A stretch of DNA of 64,000 nucleotides from Gemmatimonadales bacterium (lineage in GTDB: Bacteria; Gemmatimonadota; Gemmatimonadetes; Gemmatimonadales; GWC2-71-9): assembly GCA_965249575.1 (NCBI GenBank), contig OZ252244.1, positions 3,584,001 to 3,648,000 of the forward strand, given 5' to 3'. Position 1 is the stretch's first letter; every line of letters begins with the position of its first letter. This document shows, piece after piece, positions 1 to 9,329 of this stretch. Made by a program: the position numbers and the translations under genes. The notes under the pieces were generated by a model that was given only the letters and a program-made list of their open reading frames with translations, did not search any database and was not told the DNA's origin.

Positions 1-2
1 GC

Positions 3-872
3 ATCAATGGGGACACGATGGCGTCGTGGAATGCCATTCAGGAAGCGATCCTCGACCCCCGGAGCGATCGACTCCGCATCGACTTCGTCGAGCGCTCCGA
101 TCCCATCATCTTGCATATCCCCGGCACGAATACGACCGACCGCGTGGGTGTCGTGCGCGCGCTGCGCCCGCTCTGGGAGGCGCGGGTGGGATACGTGGCA
201 CCCGGGCGCCCCGCTGCGGCGGCTGGGCTCGAAACGGGCGACCTGGTCGTGCGAGCCAACGGCGATTCCATACGCTACTGGGACGAGTTCGTGAAGGCGA
301 TTGAGGGGAGATCGGGGTCCACGGTGGTCTTGTCGATCCTGCGCGACGGGGAAACCCTCGACGTGCCGGTCGTTCCGGCGGAGGAGGAAGTGAGGGACAT
401 GGTGACGGGTGAGGTCCGAAACGTGGGGCGGATCGGTGTCGGACAGGGACTCGAGCCTCGAAGGGTCCGATTCGGCGTAGCTGGGGGGATCGTCGAGGGC
501 GGACGAGAGACGTTGAGCGCGGTCGCCAAGGTGTGGTTTGCGCTCAAGGGGCTCGTGCTCGGTCATCTCTCCCCCAGGGAGCTCGGAGGGCCAATTCTGA
601 TCGGGCAGCTCTCGGGCCAATTTGCACGGGTCGGCCTCGACGCGTATCTGAGGTTCATGGCGTTCTTCTCGGTGAATCTCGCCGTGCTCAATCTACTTCC
701 CATCCCGGTGCTGGACGGTGGGCACCTAGTCTTTTTGTTGATCGAGGGGGTGCGAGGGAAGCCGCTGGCGCTCCGCCTGCGGCTCCGGCTGAGTCAGCTT
801 GGCATGGTGATTCTGCTGGGCATTATGGCGCTTGCCGTGACCAACGACCTGCTCCGCCTCGTCGGGCAGTAG
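3..872 (+). CDS. rseP: RIP metalloprotease RseP (5'-partial)
   Basis: PDZ segments plus the C-terminal 'GGPILIG' and 'NLAVLNLLPIPVLDGGH' M50 motifs; the ORF is open to the window edge. Confidence 0.93.
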   Translation: MNGDTMASWNAIQEAILDPRSDRLRIDFVERSDPIILHIPGTNTTDRVGVVRALRPLWEARVGYVAPGRPAAAAGLETGDLVVRANGDSIRYWDEFVKAIEGRSGSTVVLSILRDGETLDVPVVPAEEEVRDMVTGEVRNVGRIGVGQGLEPRRVRFGVAGGIVEGGRETLSAVAKVWFALKGLVLGHLSPRELGGPILIGQLSGQFARVGLDAYLRFMAFFSVNLAVLNLLPIPVLDGGHLVFLLIEGVRGKPLALRLRLRLSQLGMVILLGIMALAVTNDLLRLVGQ

Positions 873-884
873 GCCGACGCCGCG

Positions 885-1874
885 TCACCGCTTCCCGAGG
901 ATCACGACGGTCGCCGCAACCAGCACCACGACTAACACAGCCAACGCTAACAATATCCAGCGTTCCTGCCGCTCCGCGGCTGTAATCCCACTGGCGACCG
1001 TCGTGGGACGGGCGCCTACGCCGAAGGACTCGGTCACGCGGGAGGGATCAGGGATCTCCTGCAGTTCGGTGAGCAGGGCGGCCGCCGAGGCGTAGCGGTC
1101 GTCGGGGTGTTTGGCGAGGCACTTGAGAATCACGCGCTCGAATCGCTTGGAGAGGTCGGGGCGCCGCTTTCGGGGGGCGGACGGTGTGTCCTCCACGTGC
1201 ATCCGCGCGAGCTCGAACCAGTCGCTCGATCGAAACGGTAGGTCGCCCGTGGCCGCCTTGTACAACGTGACGCCCAGCGCATACAAGTCGCTCCGGCCGT
1301 CGAGAGCCCGTCCCTGGGCCTGCTCGGGCGAGATGTAGTGCGGCGTTCCGATGGTCATGTTCACCCCGGTCGCCGACACGTACCGCGTCACCGCTCTTGC
1401 GATCCCGAAATCGGCCAGCACCGACGCCCCATCGGGTCGCAGGAAAATGTTGTCGATCTTGACATCCCGGTGAATGAACCCGCGGTCGTGCGCGAAGGCC
1501 AGGGCGTTCGCGACGTCCATGGCGACCCGGAGTAAGACTGTCTCCGAGAGTGGACCATTGCGCTCCAGCAGGGTCGCCAGAGAATCCGGGTAGAGGTCCA
1601 TGGCGAAGTAGGTGATTTCTCCGGCATGGCCGACGTCCTGGATTCGGACGACATTGGGGTGGCGAAGCTCGGATGCTACCTGCGCTTCGTTCCGGAACCG
1701 TGTGTCGAACGCCGCGTCTCCGGCGTAGCGGGGCTTCAGGACCTTCAGGGCAACCGGCGCTTCTCCGTCCTTCTGCCCTGCGAAGACCCAGGCGAACCCT
1801 CCCTGCCCGATCAGCCGGTCGAGGGTGTACGGGCCGATGGTGGTGCCAATCAGTTGGTCCGGATCGAGCGTCAT
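885..1874 (-). CDS. Hanks-type Ser/Thr protein kinase with C-terminal TM helix
   Basis: GQGGFAWV, VALKVL, HRDVKIDN, DFGIA and GTPHYISPEQ motifs; hydrophobic C-terminus. Confidence 0.93.
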   Translation of the reverse strand: MTLDPDQLIGTTIGPYTLDRLIGQGGFAWVFAGQKDGEAPVALKVLKPRYAGDAAFDTRFRNEAQVASELRHPNVVRIQDVGHAGEITYFAMDLYPDSLATLLERNGPLSETVLLRVAMDVANALAFAHDRGFIHRDVKIDNIFLRPDGASVLADFGIARAVTRYVSATGVNMTIGTPHYISPEQAQGRALDGRSDLYALGVTLYKAATGDLPFRSSDWFELARMHVEDTPSAPRKRRPDLSKRFERVILKCLAKHPDDRYASAAALLTELQEIPDPSRVTESFGVGARPTTVASGITAAERQERWILLALAVLVVVLVAATVVILGKR

Positions 1875-1980
1875 ACGCGGGCTTTACACCGTGAAAGCGG
1901 TGGACTAGGTTGTTAAGCTTGAAAGAAATCCGATCTTTCTGACCGAGGCAAGCCCGGCGCCGCAGAGGGACAATTGCTAC

Positions 1981-2241
1981 ATGGTTTTTGACAAGGCCGC
2001 CGTCATCGGCAAGCACCAAGTGACCCCAGCCGATACGGGATCAACACGAATCCAGATCGCGCTTCTCACGGCGCGCATTAACGACCTCACCGAACACTTC
2101 CGTACCCATGCGAAGGATCATCACGGGCGACGCGGTCTCCTCATGATGGTAAGCAAGCGACGCCGCCTGTTGGGGTACCTCAAGCGAACCGACCTGGAAG
2201 GGTATCGTCGGCTCATCGAAGAACTTGGTCTTCGCCACTAA
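1981..2241 (+). CDS. rpsO: 30S ribosomal protein S15
   Basis: [13 protein letters not shown]...[12 protein letters not shown]; lies upstream of pnp. Confidence 0.97.
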   Translation: MVFDKAAVIGKHQVTPADTGSTRIQIALLTARINDLTEHFRTHAKDHHGRRGLLMMVSKRRRLLGYLKRTDLEGYRRLIEELGLRH

Positions 2242-2321
2242 GCAGCAGGTAACCGCTCGAGGTGTCAGGGATGAACATTCCGGCGCCTCGAGTTCGTGTA
2301 TCTAGGAGCGTAAAGCCATCC

Positions 2322-4406
2322 ATGATCAAGCACTCTGAGCGGCCGTTTGCTGGTCGCCCCCTGCGCCTCGAAACGGGGCGTCTCGCGAAGCAGGCTGCCG
2401 GTAGCGCCCTCCTACAATTTGGCGAAACGACGGTACTCGCGGCGATCACCGTAGGAGATTCGCCGACGACCCTACCGTTTTTCCCGCTCTTGGTTGAATA
2501 CCGCGAACGCAGCTACGCTGCGGGGAAGATCCCCGGGGGATTCCTGAAGCGGGAGGGGCGGCCGAGCGACGAAGAGATCCTCGCGGCACGGCTCATTGAC
2601 CGGTCCATTCGCCCGCTGTTTCCTGAAGGCTTCCGAAACGAGGTTCAGGTTTTCGTCTTCGTGCTCTCCGCTGACCAGGAAAACGATGCCGACGTCCTGG
2701 GCCTCACCGTCGCGTCACTCGCGCTGGCTGCGTCGAACGTTCCCTGGAACGGGCCGATTGCGGGAGTGCGTGTGGGCAGGGTCGACGGTGAATGGGTGTT
2801 GAATCCCACCTTCGCGCAGCTCGAGTCGAGCGACGTCGACGTCGTTGTCGCGGGCTCGGCTGACTCAATCATGATGGTGGAGGGAGGCGCGTTGGAGCTG
2901 GGCGAGGCGGACCTGGCGGACGCGCTTGAGGCTGCGCAGAAGGGAATCGGGGAGCTGGTCGAACGCGAACAGGAGATTCTGGCGGACGCCGCCCGAGAGA
3001 AGATGGATTGGGTGAAGAGCGAGCCGCCCGCCGAACTGGTCGAACGGGTTCACTCCCTCGCCAAGGAGCGCGTCGGGGAGGCGTTGAATCTACCGGAGAA
3101 ATCCGAGCGGGCCCGAGCCCTCGCGGCGCTGCGGACCACCGTTATGGACCAGCTTCGTGAGGAATACCCCGACGACGCCCGTGCGGTTTCGGGCGTGCTC
3201 GAAGACATCGAGTACGAGACGATGCGCGGCCAAGTCCTGGAGCATGGCGAGAGGATCGATGGGCGTGACCTCGATACGGTGCGGCCCATCACGTGCGAAG
3301 TCGGGCTATTGCCACGGACACACGGCTCCGCTCTGTTCACCCGTGGACAGACCCAGGCCCTAGTCATCACGACGCTCGGCACGGTGTCGGACGAGCAACG
3401 CATAGACAACATCGACGTCCCGCGGGAAACGACCAAGAGCTTCATGCTACACTACAACTTCCCGCCGTTTTCGACTGGCGAGGTCCGGCCGGTACGGGGC
3501 GTGTCACGGCGGGAGATCGGGCATGGCGCGCTGGCGGAGCGCGCGTTGCAGGCGCTGCTACCTCCGTACGATCAGTTCCCCTACACGATCCGCATCGTGT
3601 CGGACATCATGGAGTCGAACGGCTCGAGCTCGATGGCCACGGTGTGCGGGGGATCGTTGGCCCTCATGGATGCCGGGGTGCCAATGCGGGCTGCTTGCGC
3701 TGGCGTCGCAATGGGGCTCATCAAGGAAGGCGACGGCGTAGCCGTCTTGACCGACATCCTCGGGGCCGAAGATCACCTTGGCGACATGGATTTCAAGGTG
3801 GCTGGGACCCGCGCAGGCGTCACGGCGATTCAAATGGACATCAAGATCCAGGGGCTGGAGATCGGGATCCTGCGGGAAGCGCTGGAGAAGGCCCGGGTCG
3901 CGCGGGTCCACATTCTCGATGCCATGGACCGGACGCTCGAAACCGCGCGGGGTGGCTTGTCGAAATACGCACCACGCATCATCACGATACAGGTGAAGCC
4001 CGACCGCATCGGTGACATAATCGGTCCAAAGGGCAAGGTCATCCGAGGAATCCAGGAGCAGACGGGAGCTGATATCAACGTCGACGACTCCGGTCTCGTG
4101 ACTGTCTCCTCGGTGGACGGTCAGGCCGGAGAGCGGGCGCGTGACATGATCGCAGCCCTGGTGGAGGAGCCCGAGGTTGGGAAGGTGTATGAAGGCGTGG
4201 TCAAGAGCACCACGGCCTTCGGGGCGTTCGTCGAGATCATCCCCGGAGTCGAGGGCCTGCTGCACATCTCCGAGATGCAGCACGGACGCACTGAGCGCAC
4301 CGAGGACGTCGTGAAGCGGGGCGACTCCGTCCGCGTCAAGCTGCTGGAAGTGGACGGGCGCGGCAAGATGCGCCTCTCGCGCAAGGCGTTGCTCGATCGG
4401 GAATAG
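2322..4406 (+). CDS. pnp: Polyribonucleotide nucleotidyltransferase (PNPase)
   Basis: GKIPGGFLKREGRP, RREIGHG, ESNGSSSMA and GDMDFKVAG motifs, then KH and S1 domains; start set at ATG 2322 (AGGAG upstream). Confidence 0.97.
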   Translation: MIKHSERPFAGRPLRLETGRLAKQAAGSALLQFGETTVLAAITVGDSPTTLPFFPLLVEYRERSYAAGKIPGGFLKREGRPSDEEILAARLIDRSIRPLFPEGFRNEVQVFVFVLSADQENDADVLGLTVASLALAASNVPWNGPIAGVRVGRVDGEWVLNPTFAQLESSDVDVVVAGSADSIMMVEGGALELGEADLADALEAAQKGIGELVEREQEILADAAREKMDWVKSEPPAELVERVHSLAKERVGEALNLPEKSERARALAALRTTVMDQLREEYPDDARAVSGVLEDIEYETMRGQVLEHGERIDGRDLDTVRPITCEVGLLPRTHGSALFTRGQTQALVITTLGTVSDEQRIDNIDVPRETTKSFMLHYNFPPFSTGEVRPVRGVSRREIGHGALAERALQALLPPYDQFPYTIRIVSDIMESNGSSSMATVCGGSLALMDAGVPMRAACAGVAMGLIKEGDGVAVLTDILGAEDHLGDMDFKVAGTRAGVTAIQMDIKIQGLEIGILREALEKARVARVHILDAMDRTLETARGGLSKYAPRIITIQVKPDRIGDIIGPKGKVIRGIQEQTGADINVDDSGLVTVSSVDGQAGERARDMIAALVEEPEVGKVYEGVVKSTTAFGAFVEIIPGVEGLLHISEMQHGRTERTEDVVKRGDSVRVKLLEVDGRGKMRLSRKALLDRE

Positions 4407-4413
4407 CCTCCCC

Positions 4414-5664
4414 GTGCAGACAGTCAAGCTAGACGACGGTCTTTATCGAACGGACGCCGCCAACGGCGTCGCGGTCCTGTCCGAGGCGCTTCCGAGTGTG
4501 CGATCCGTGGCAAGCGGCATTTGGATCAAGGCCGCGTCCGCGCACGAGGCCCGGGCAAAAATGGGCGTTTCCCACCTGCTGGAGCACATGGTCTTCAAGG
4601 GAACCCGCCGGCGAACGGCGAGGGACATCGCGCTCGAGCTCGAGGTCCGCGGCGGGGCGCTCGACGCCTACACAGCTCGAGATCACACGAGCTATCAGGC
4701 GCGGGTGCTCGAGGAGGATCTCCCCCAGGCGTTAGACGTTCTGACCGACCTGGTGCGAAACCCCCTGCTCCGGCAGTCGGATCTCGATCTCGAGCGAAAG
4801 GTCATTCTCGAGGAAATCAGCGCTGTGGAGGACACACCAGACGACTTAGTCTTCGAGCTGCATTCCCAGGCGGTGTGGCCCGACCACCCCTACGGGTTCC
4901 AGATCCTGGGCACCCGCTCGACGGTCGGCCAGCTGGGAGCCGCTGACCTCGTGGATCTGCATCGGCGGGCCTACCATCCCGGAAACGTCGTCATCGCCGT
5001 CGCGGGACGAGTCGATCACGAAACCGTATTGCGCCAGCTGGCGGAATACGGCTGGTTCGATGTCGAGCCCGGTCCTGAAGCGCGCCCGGTCACGCTCGCT
5101 CCCAAGGGTACCGGGGGGATCCAACGGGTCGAGCGAGATCTAGCGCAAACGCATATCGTGATGGGGACCGACACGTTCCCGTTCACGGACGACCGGCGCT
5201 ACGCGCTGATGCTGATCAACACGGTATTCGGAGGCGGTATGTCGAGCCGCCTGTTCCAGCGCGTCCGTGAAGAGCTCGGCCTCGCGTACTCGGTTTATTC
5301 ATATCAGTCGTTTTACCAGCAGGCTGGTCTGACCGGGGTTTATGTGGGCACGCATCCGTCGACTGCCGCCCAGGCGGTCGAGGCGATTCTGACGGAGATG
5401 AGACTGTTGGCGCGCGAGGGCCTCGATACCGAGACATTGAAGGAGGCGAAGCAACAGCTGAAAGGGCAGCTCATGTTGGGACTAGAGAGCCCTACGGCGC
5501 GCGTGCACCGCTTGGCGGGTGTCGTGCTCCACGACGAGCCCTATCGGAGTCTAGGTCGCGTCCTCGAGGAGATAGAGGACGTCACCAGCGACGCGGTCAT
5601 GCAGGTCGCCGAGGAATACTTCACGCCCGAGCGGCACACAACCGTGTGGCTCGGACCCAACTAG
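4414..5664 (+). CDS. M16 family (pitrilysin-like) zinc peptidase
   Basis: Inverted zinc motif HLLEH; GGGMSSRLFQRVRE. Confidence 0.93.
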   Translation: MQTVKLDDGLYRTDAANGVAVLSEALPSVRSVASGIWIKAASAHEARAKMGVSHLLEHMVFKGTRRRTARDIALELEVRGGALDAYTARDHTSYQARVLEEDLPQALDVLTDLVRNPLLRQSDLDLERKVILEEISAVEDTPDDLVFELHSQAVWPDHPYGFQILGTRSTVGQLGAADLVDLHRRAYHPGNVVIAVAGRVDHETVLRQLAEYGWFDVEPGPEARPVTLAPKGTGGIQRVERDLAQTHIVMGTDTFPFTDDRRYALMLINTVFGGGMSSRLFQRVREELGLAYSVYSYQSFYQQAGLTGVYVGTHPSTAAQAVEAILTEMRLLAREGLDTETLKEAKQQLKGQLMLGLESPTARVHRLAGVVLHDEPYRSLGRVLEEIEDVTSDAVMQVAEEYFTPERHTTVWLGPN

Positions 5665-5690
5665 CTCGCGGTGACAACTCGGAGCCCCAG

Positions 5691-6803
5691 ATGATCATCG
5701 GCGTCCCCAGGGAGATCAAGAGCAACGAGAACCGTGTTGCATTGGTCCCGGCGGGCGCGGAGGTCCTTCTCGCAGATGGGCACACGGTGCGCGTTGAGCG
5801 CGGAGCAGGCGCGGGCAGTGGGTTCCCGGACGAAGCCTATGAGCACGTGGGGGCCAGTTCGGTGGCCGATCCCACGGCGCTCTGGGGTCAGTCGGATTTG
5901 ATCCTGAAGGTCAAGGAACCGGTCGAGTCCGAATGGCATCGTCTCCGAGATGGACAAGTCGTTTTCACGTTTTACCACTTCGCGGCCAGCGAATCGTTGA
6001 CCCGGGCTGTGATCGACTCCGGGTGCGTGGCCGTGGCTTACGAGACGGTGCAGCTACCGGGCGGCGAGCTGCCCTTGTTGACCCCGATGTCGGAGGTTGC
6101 GGGCCGCATGGCAGTGCAGGAGGGAGCCCGGGCGCTCGAGAAGGTGACGGAAGGACGCGGAATTCTTCTGGGTGGCGTCCCCGGGGTGCTGCCGGCCAAC
6201 GTCGTGATATTGGGGGGTGGCGTCGTTGGCACCAACGCGGCGAAGATGGCCGCAGGCCTGGGGGCCCGCGTGACACTGCTCGATGTGTCGCTCGACCGGC
6301 TCAGATACCTTTCCGACGTCATGCCGCCCAACGTGAATCTGCTCTATTCCAATCGTCACAACATTCTGGAGCTGTTACCGTTGGCCGATCTGGTCATTGG
6401 GGCCGTTTTGCTCCCTGGTGCGAAGGCCCCAAAACTGATCCGGCGAGAGGACCTTGGGCACATGCAGCCTGGCTCGGTGATCGTCGATGTAGCGGTCGAC
6501 CAAGGCGGATGCGTCGAGACCGCCCGGCCCACGACGCACGCCGACCCGACGTACGTCGTCGACGGTGTGGTGCATTACGCGGTGGCGAACATGCCTGGCG
6601 CGGTGCCGCGCACGTCGACGCTTGCGCTTACGAATGCCACCTTTCGCTACGTGAGGCAGTTGGCGACCCATGGGTGGCGTGAGGCCTGCCGCCGGGATGC
6701 TGGGCTTCGCCTGGGCCTCAACGTCGTCGCGGGGAGGGTCGTCTATCCCGCGGTGGCAGAGGCCTTCGGGATGGACCTCGCCGACGCGGCGGCGGTCACC
6801 TGA
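5691..6803 (+). CDS. ald: Alanine dehydrogenase
   Basis: MIIGVPREIKSNENRV, PLLTPMSEVAGR, GGGVVG, DVAVDQGG and VANMPGAVP motifs. Confidence 0.96.
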   Translation: MIIGVPREIKSNENRVALVPAGAEVLLADGHTVRVERGAGAGSGFPDEAYEHVGASSVADPTALWGQSDLILKVKEPVESEWHRLRDGQVVFTFYHFAASESLTRAVIDSGCVAVAYETVQLPGGELPLLTPMSEVAGRMAVQEGARALEKVTEGRGILLGGVPGVLPANVVILGGGVVGTNAAKMAAGLGARVTLLDVSLDRLRYLSDVMPPNVNLLYSNRHNILELLPLADLVIGAVLLPGAKAPKLIRREDLGHMQPGSVIVDVAVDQGGCVETARPTTHADPTYVVDGVVHYAVANMPGAVPRTSTLALTNATFRYVRQLATHGWREACRRDAGLRLGLNVVAGRVVYPAVAEAFGMDLADAAAVT

Positions 6804-6856
6804 TCTGCGCTACCGGCCGTTGCCGCTATCCGATGCCCGTCGTTTAACTACTGAGC

Positions 6857-6885
6857 TTGTTTTGACTTACGGCGACGGTTAAGTT
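6857..6885 (+). promoter_or_regulatory. Candidate sigma70 promoter for the mreBCD operon
   Basis: TTGTTT-N17-TAAGTT in an AT-richer intergenic gap. Confidence 0.35.
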
Positions 6886-6950
6886 GTGTCTATGACCCTC
6901 CGGGAAGGGCGGTCGGCGTGCCTACCCACGACCACCTCAGCTGATCGCGC

Positions 6951-7988
6951 ATGCGCTGGCCCAAGTTAGACCTCGGGAATCTCCTGCCCGCCAACGAAAT
7001 CGCCGTGGATTTGGGAACGTCGAACACCCTCATCTACGTCCGCGGCGAGGGGATCGTGCTGAACGAGCCGTCGGTCGTGGCCGTCGAAAAGGCTTCGGGA
7101 CGGCCGAAAGGGATTGGGCTCGAGGCGAAGCGGATGCTCGGACGCACGCCCGACGGGATCGTTGCGGTCCGTCCGTTGAAGGACGGAGTGATCGCGGATT
7201 TCGATGTTTGCGAAAAGATGCTTCGCTACTTCCTTTCGTCGATCATCAACAAGCACGTATTCCGGGTCAAACCGAAGGTGATTGTCTGCGTGCCGAGCGG
7301 GATCACCGAGGTCGAGCGCCGTGCCGTCCGAGACAGCGCGCAATCGGCGGGAGCCAAGGAAGTCTACATGGTTGCCGAGCCGATGGCCGCTGCGATCGGT
7401 GTCGGCCTGCCGATTGAGATGCCCACCGGGAACATGGTGATCGACATCGGGGGGGGCACGACCGAGATCGCGGTCATTGCCTTGGCTGGCCTCGTGAGCG
7501 ATACGTCCATCCGCACCGGTGGGGATGAGCTGGATCAGGCAATCGTCCAGTTCATGCGCAAGAACTACAATCTCCTGATCGGCGAGCCCACCGCCGAGGG
7601 GATCAAGATCCAGGTTGGCTCAGCCGCCCCAGTCTGTGAAGAGCGGGACATGGAGGCCAAGGGGCGGGACCTCGTCTCCGGAATTCCGAAAGTCGTCCGC
7701 GTACATTCGAGCGAGATTCGCGAGGCAATTCAGGAGCCTATTCAACAAATCGTCGACGCCGTTCGCCGCGCCCTCGAGATCACTCCACCGGAGCTCGCCA
7801 GTGACATTGTCGATCGAGGGATCGTGATGGTCGGTGGTGGATCGCTCATCCGAGGTCTGGACGTGCTGCTTTCGCAGGAGACTTCGCTACCCATTCGGGT
7901 GGACGAGGACCCCCTGACCTGTGTCGTGCGTGGAACAGGACGTATTCTCGACGACCCGGAAAAATATCGGTCGGTTCTCACGACATAA
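6951..7988 (+). CDS. mreB: Rod shape-determining protein MreB
   Basis: AVDLGTSNT, EPMAAAIG and DIGGGTTE motifs. Confidence 0.97.
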   Translation: MRWPKLDLGNLLPANEIAVDLGTSNTLIYVRGEGIVLNEPSVVAVEKASGRPKGIGLEAKRMLGRTPDGIVAVRPLKDGVIADFDVCEKMLRYFLSSIINKHVFRVKPKVIVCVPSGITEVERRAVRDSAQSAGAKEVYMVAEPMAAAIGVGLPIEMPTGNMVIDIGGGTTEIAVIALAGLVSDTSIRTGGDELDQAIVQFMRKNYNLLIGEPTAEGIKIQVGSAAPVCEERDMEAKGRDLVSGIPKVVRVHSSEIREAIQEPIQQIVDAVRRALEITPPELASDIVDRGIVMVGGGSLIRGLDVLLSQETSLPIRVDEDPLTCVVRGTGRILDDPEKYRSVLTT

Positions 7989-7992
7989 TTCT

Positions 7993-8835
7993 GTGGCCCT
8001 GGTGTCGGAACGGTTCGCTTCGCGTCGCGATACACTGGCCTTTGTGTTGTGCTTAGCATTGGCGGTGGTCGCGAGGATGGCGCCCCCGGCGTGGGGCGAA
8101 GCCCTCGCGTCGGGAATTCGTGGGACCCTGCTCGCCCCGCTCCTCGCGCTTGAACGCCAGGCAGAGTTGACCAGGACGGCCCGGGCGCGATTTGCCGCCG
8201 TCGTGGCACAGCGTGATTCCGCCGTGCTTTTAGGGGGCCGGATCGACGCGTTGGAGGCGGAGAATCGACAGCTACGGGACGTGATCGGACTGTCGAAGCG
8301 CCTCCCGGTCCGGCACATACCGGCGGAGGTGTTGCACCAGTCTTTCCCCACAGACGGCTACAGCCTGGTGTTGTCGGCGGGCCGATCCGACGGTGTGGCG
8401 GTCATGGCGCCGGTGCTCGCCCCCGAGGGTCTTCTGGGCGTGGTTTCGCGCGTCGAGCGGCGGACATCCGTGGTGGTGGCGTGGTCTCACCCTGACTTTC
8501 GCGCGAGCGCGATGACAGCGGATGGAAGCGCCTTTGGAATCGTTGCGCCCGTCGGCAGTGATGGTCCGAATCGAATGCTGCTCGCGTTACAGGGCGTGCC
8601 CTACGGTGACCGCGTCGGCACGGGATCGCTTGTCTACACCTCGGGTCTCGGTGGGGTGTACCCCCGAGGAGTCCCGATCGGACGTGTTCTGGCCGTCGGT
8701 GAAGAGGAAGTGGGCTGGTCACGTACCTATCTCGTGCAGCCCGCCGTGCACCCGGCCTCGGTATCGCACGCGATGGTGCTGACCATGGGCGTCCGCGAAG
8801 ACTTGCGGCCGTCGTTTGAGAACTCGGTGCCGTGA
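7993..8835 (+). CDS. mreC: Rod shape-determining protein MreC
   Basis: N-terminal TM, coiled coil LEAENRQLR, TSGLGGVYPRGVPIG; follows mreB; start approximate. Confidence 0.92.
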   Translation: MALVSERFASRRDTLAFVLCLALAVVARMAPPAWGEALASGIRGTLLAPLLALERQAELTRTARARFAAVVAQRDSAVLLGGRIDALEAENRQLRDVIGLSKRLPVRHIPAEVLHQSFPTDGYSLVLSAGRSDGVAVMAPVLAPEGLLGVVSRVERRTSVVVAWSHPDFRASAMTADGSAFGIVAPVGSDGPNRMLLALQGVPYGDRVGTGSLVYTSGLGGVYPRGVPIGRVLAVGEEEVGWSRTYLVQPAVHPASVSHAMVLTMGVREDLRPSFENSVP

Positions 8836-9329
8836 CGCGACGCCCGGCGCAGTATCGACTGGCGTTTGTGCTCCTGTTGTTGGTCGTACTGCACTTCGCC
8901 CTGCGCCCATGGTTGGGTGATCCCCGGCCCGCGCCCGATTTCCTGCTGCTCGCGCTCCTGGTCTTCGCGATCCGGTCTACGCCGGGCCGGGCCGCCATCG
9001 CCGGATTCTGCGTCGGTCTGGTTGGGGACGCGCTCACGCCGGTCGCCTTCGGATCGGGCGCCCTTGCGCACACGGTGGTGGGATACCTGGCTGCATGGGG
9101 CAAGGCGGTGTTTTTTGCCGACCATCTTCTCGTCAGCGCTGGCTTCTTTTCCGTGGGCACGTGGCTCCGTGACCTGCTCGTCCTGCTCTCCGGAGGGCAT
9201 GTTGGCGGATCCGCCCTGGTGTGGCAACTTGGATTGTGGTCGCCGCTCAAGGCGGTCACCACGGCCGTGGTGGGGTTGGCGGTGCTGACCGTGTTTAGGA
9301 GATGGTTGGAAGTGAGGATTACCGAATGA
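8832..9329 (+). CDS. mreD: Rod shape-determining protein MreD
   Basis: Hydrophobic 165 aa with PDFLLLALLV; lies between mreC and mrdA. Confidence 0.9.
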   Translation: MTRRPAQYRLAFVLLLLVVLHFALRPWLGDPRPAPDFLLLALLVFAIRSTPGRAAIAGFCVGLVGDALTPVAFGSGALAHTVVGYLAAWGKAVFFADHLLVSAGFFSVGTWLRDLLVLLSGGHVGGSALVWQLGLWSPLKAVTTAVVGLAVLTVFRRWLEVRITE

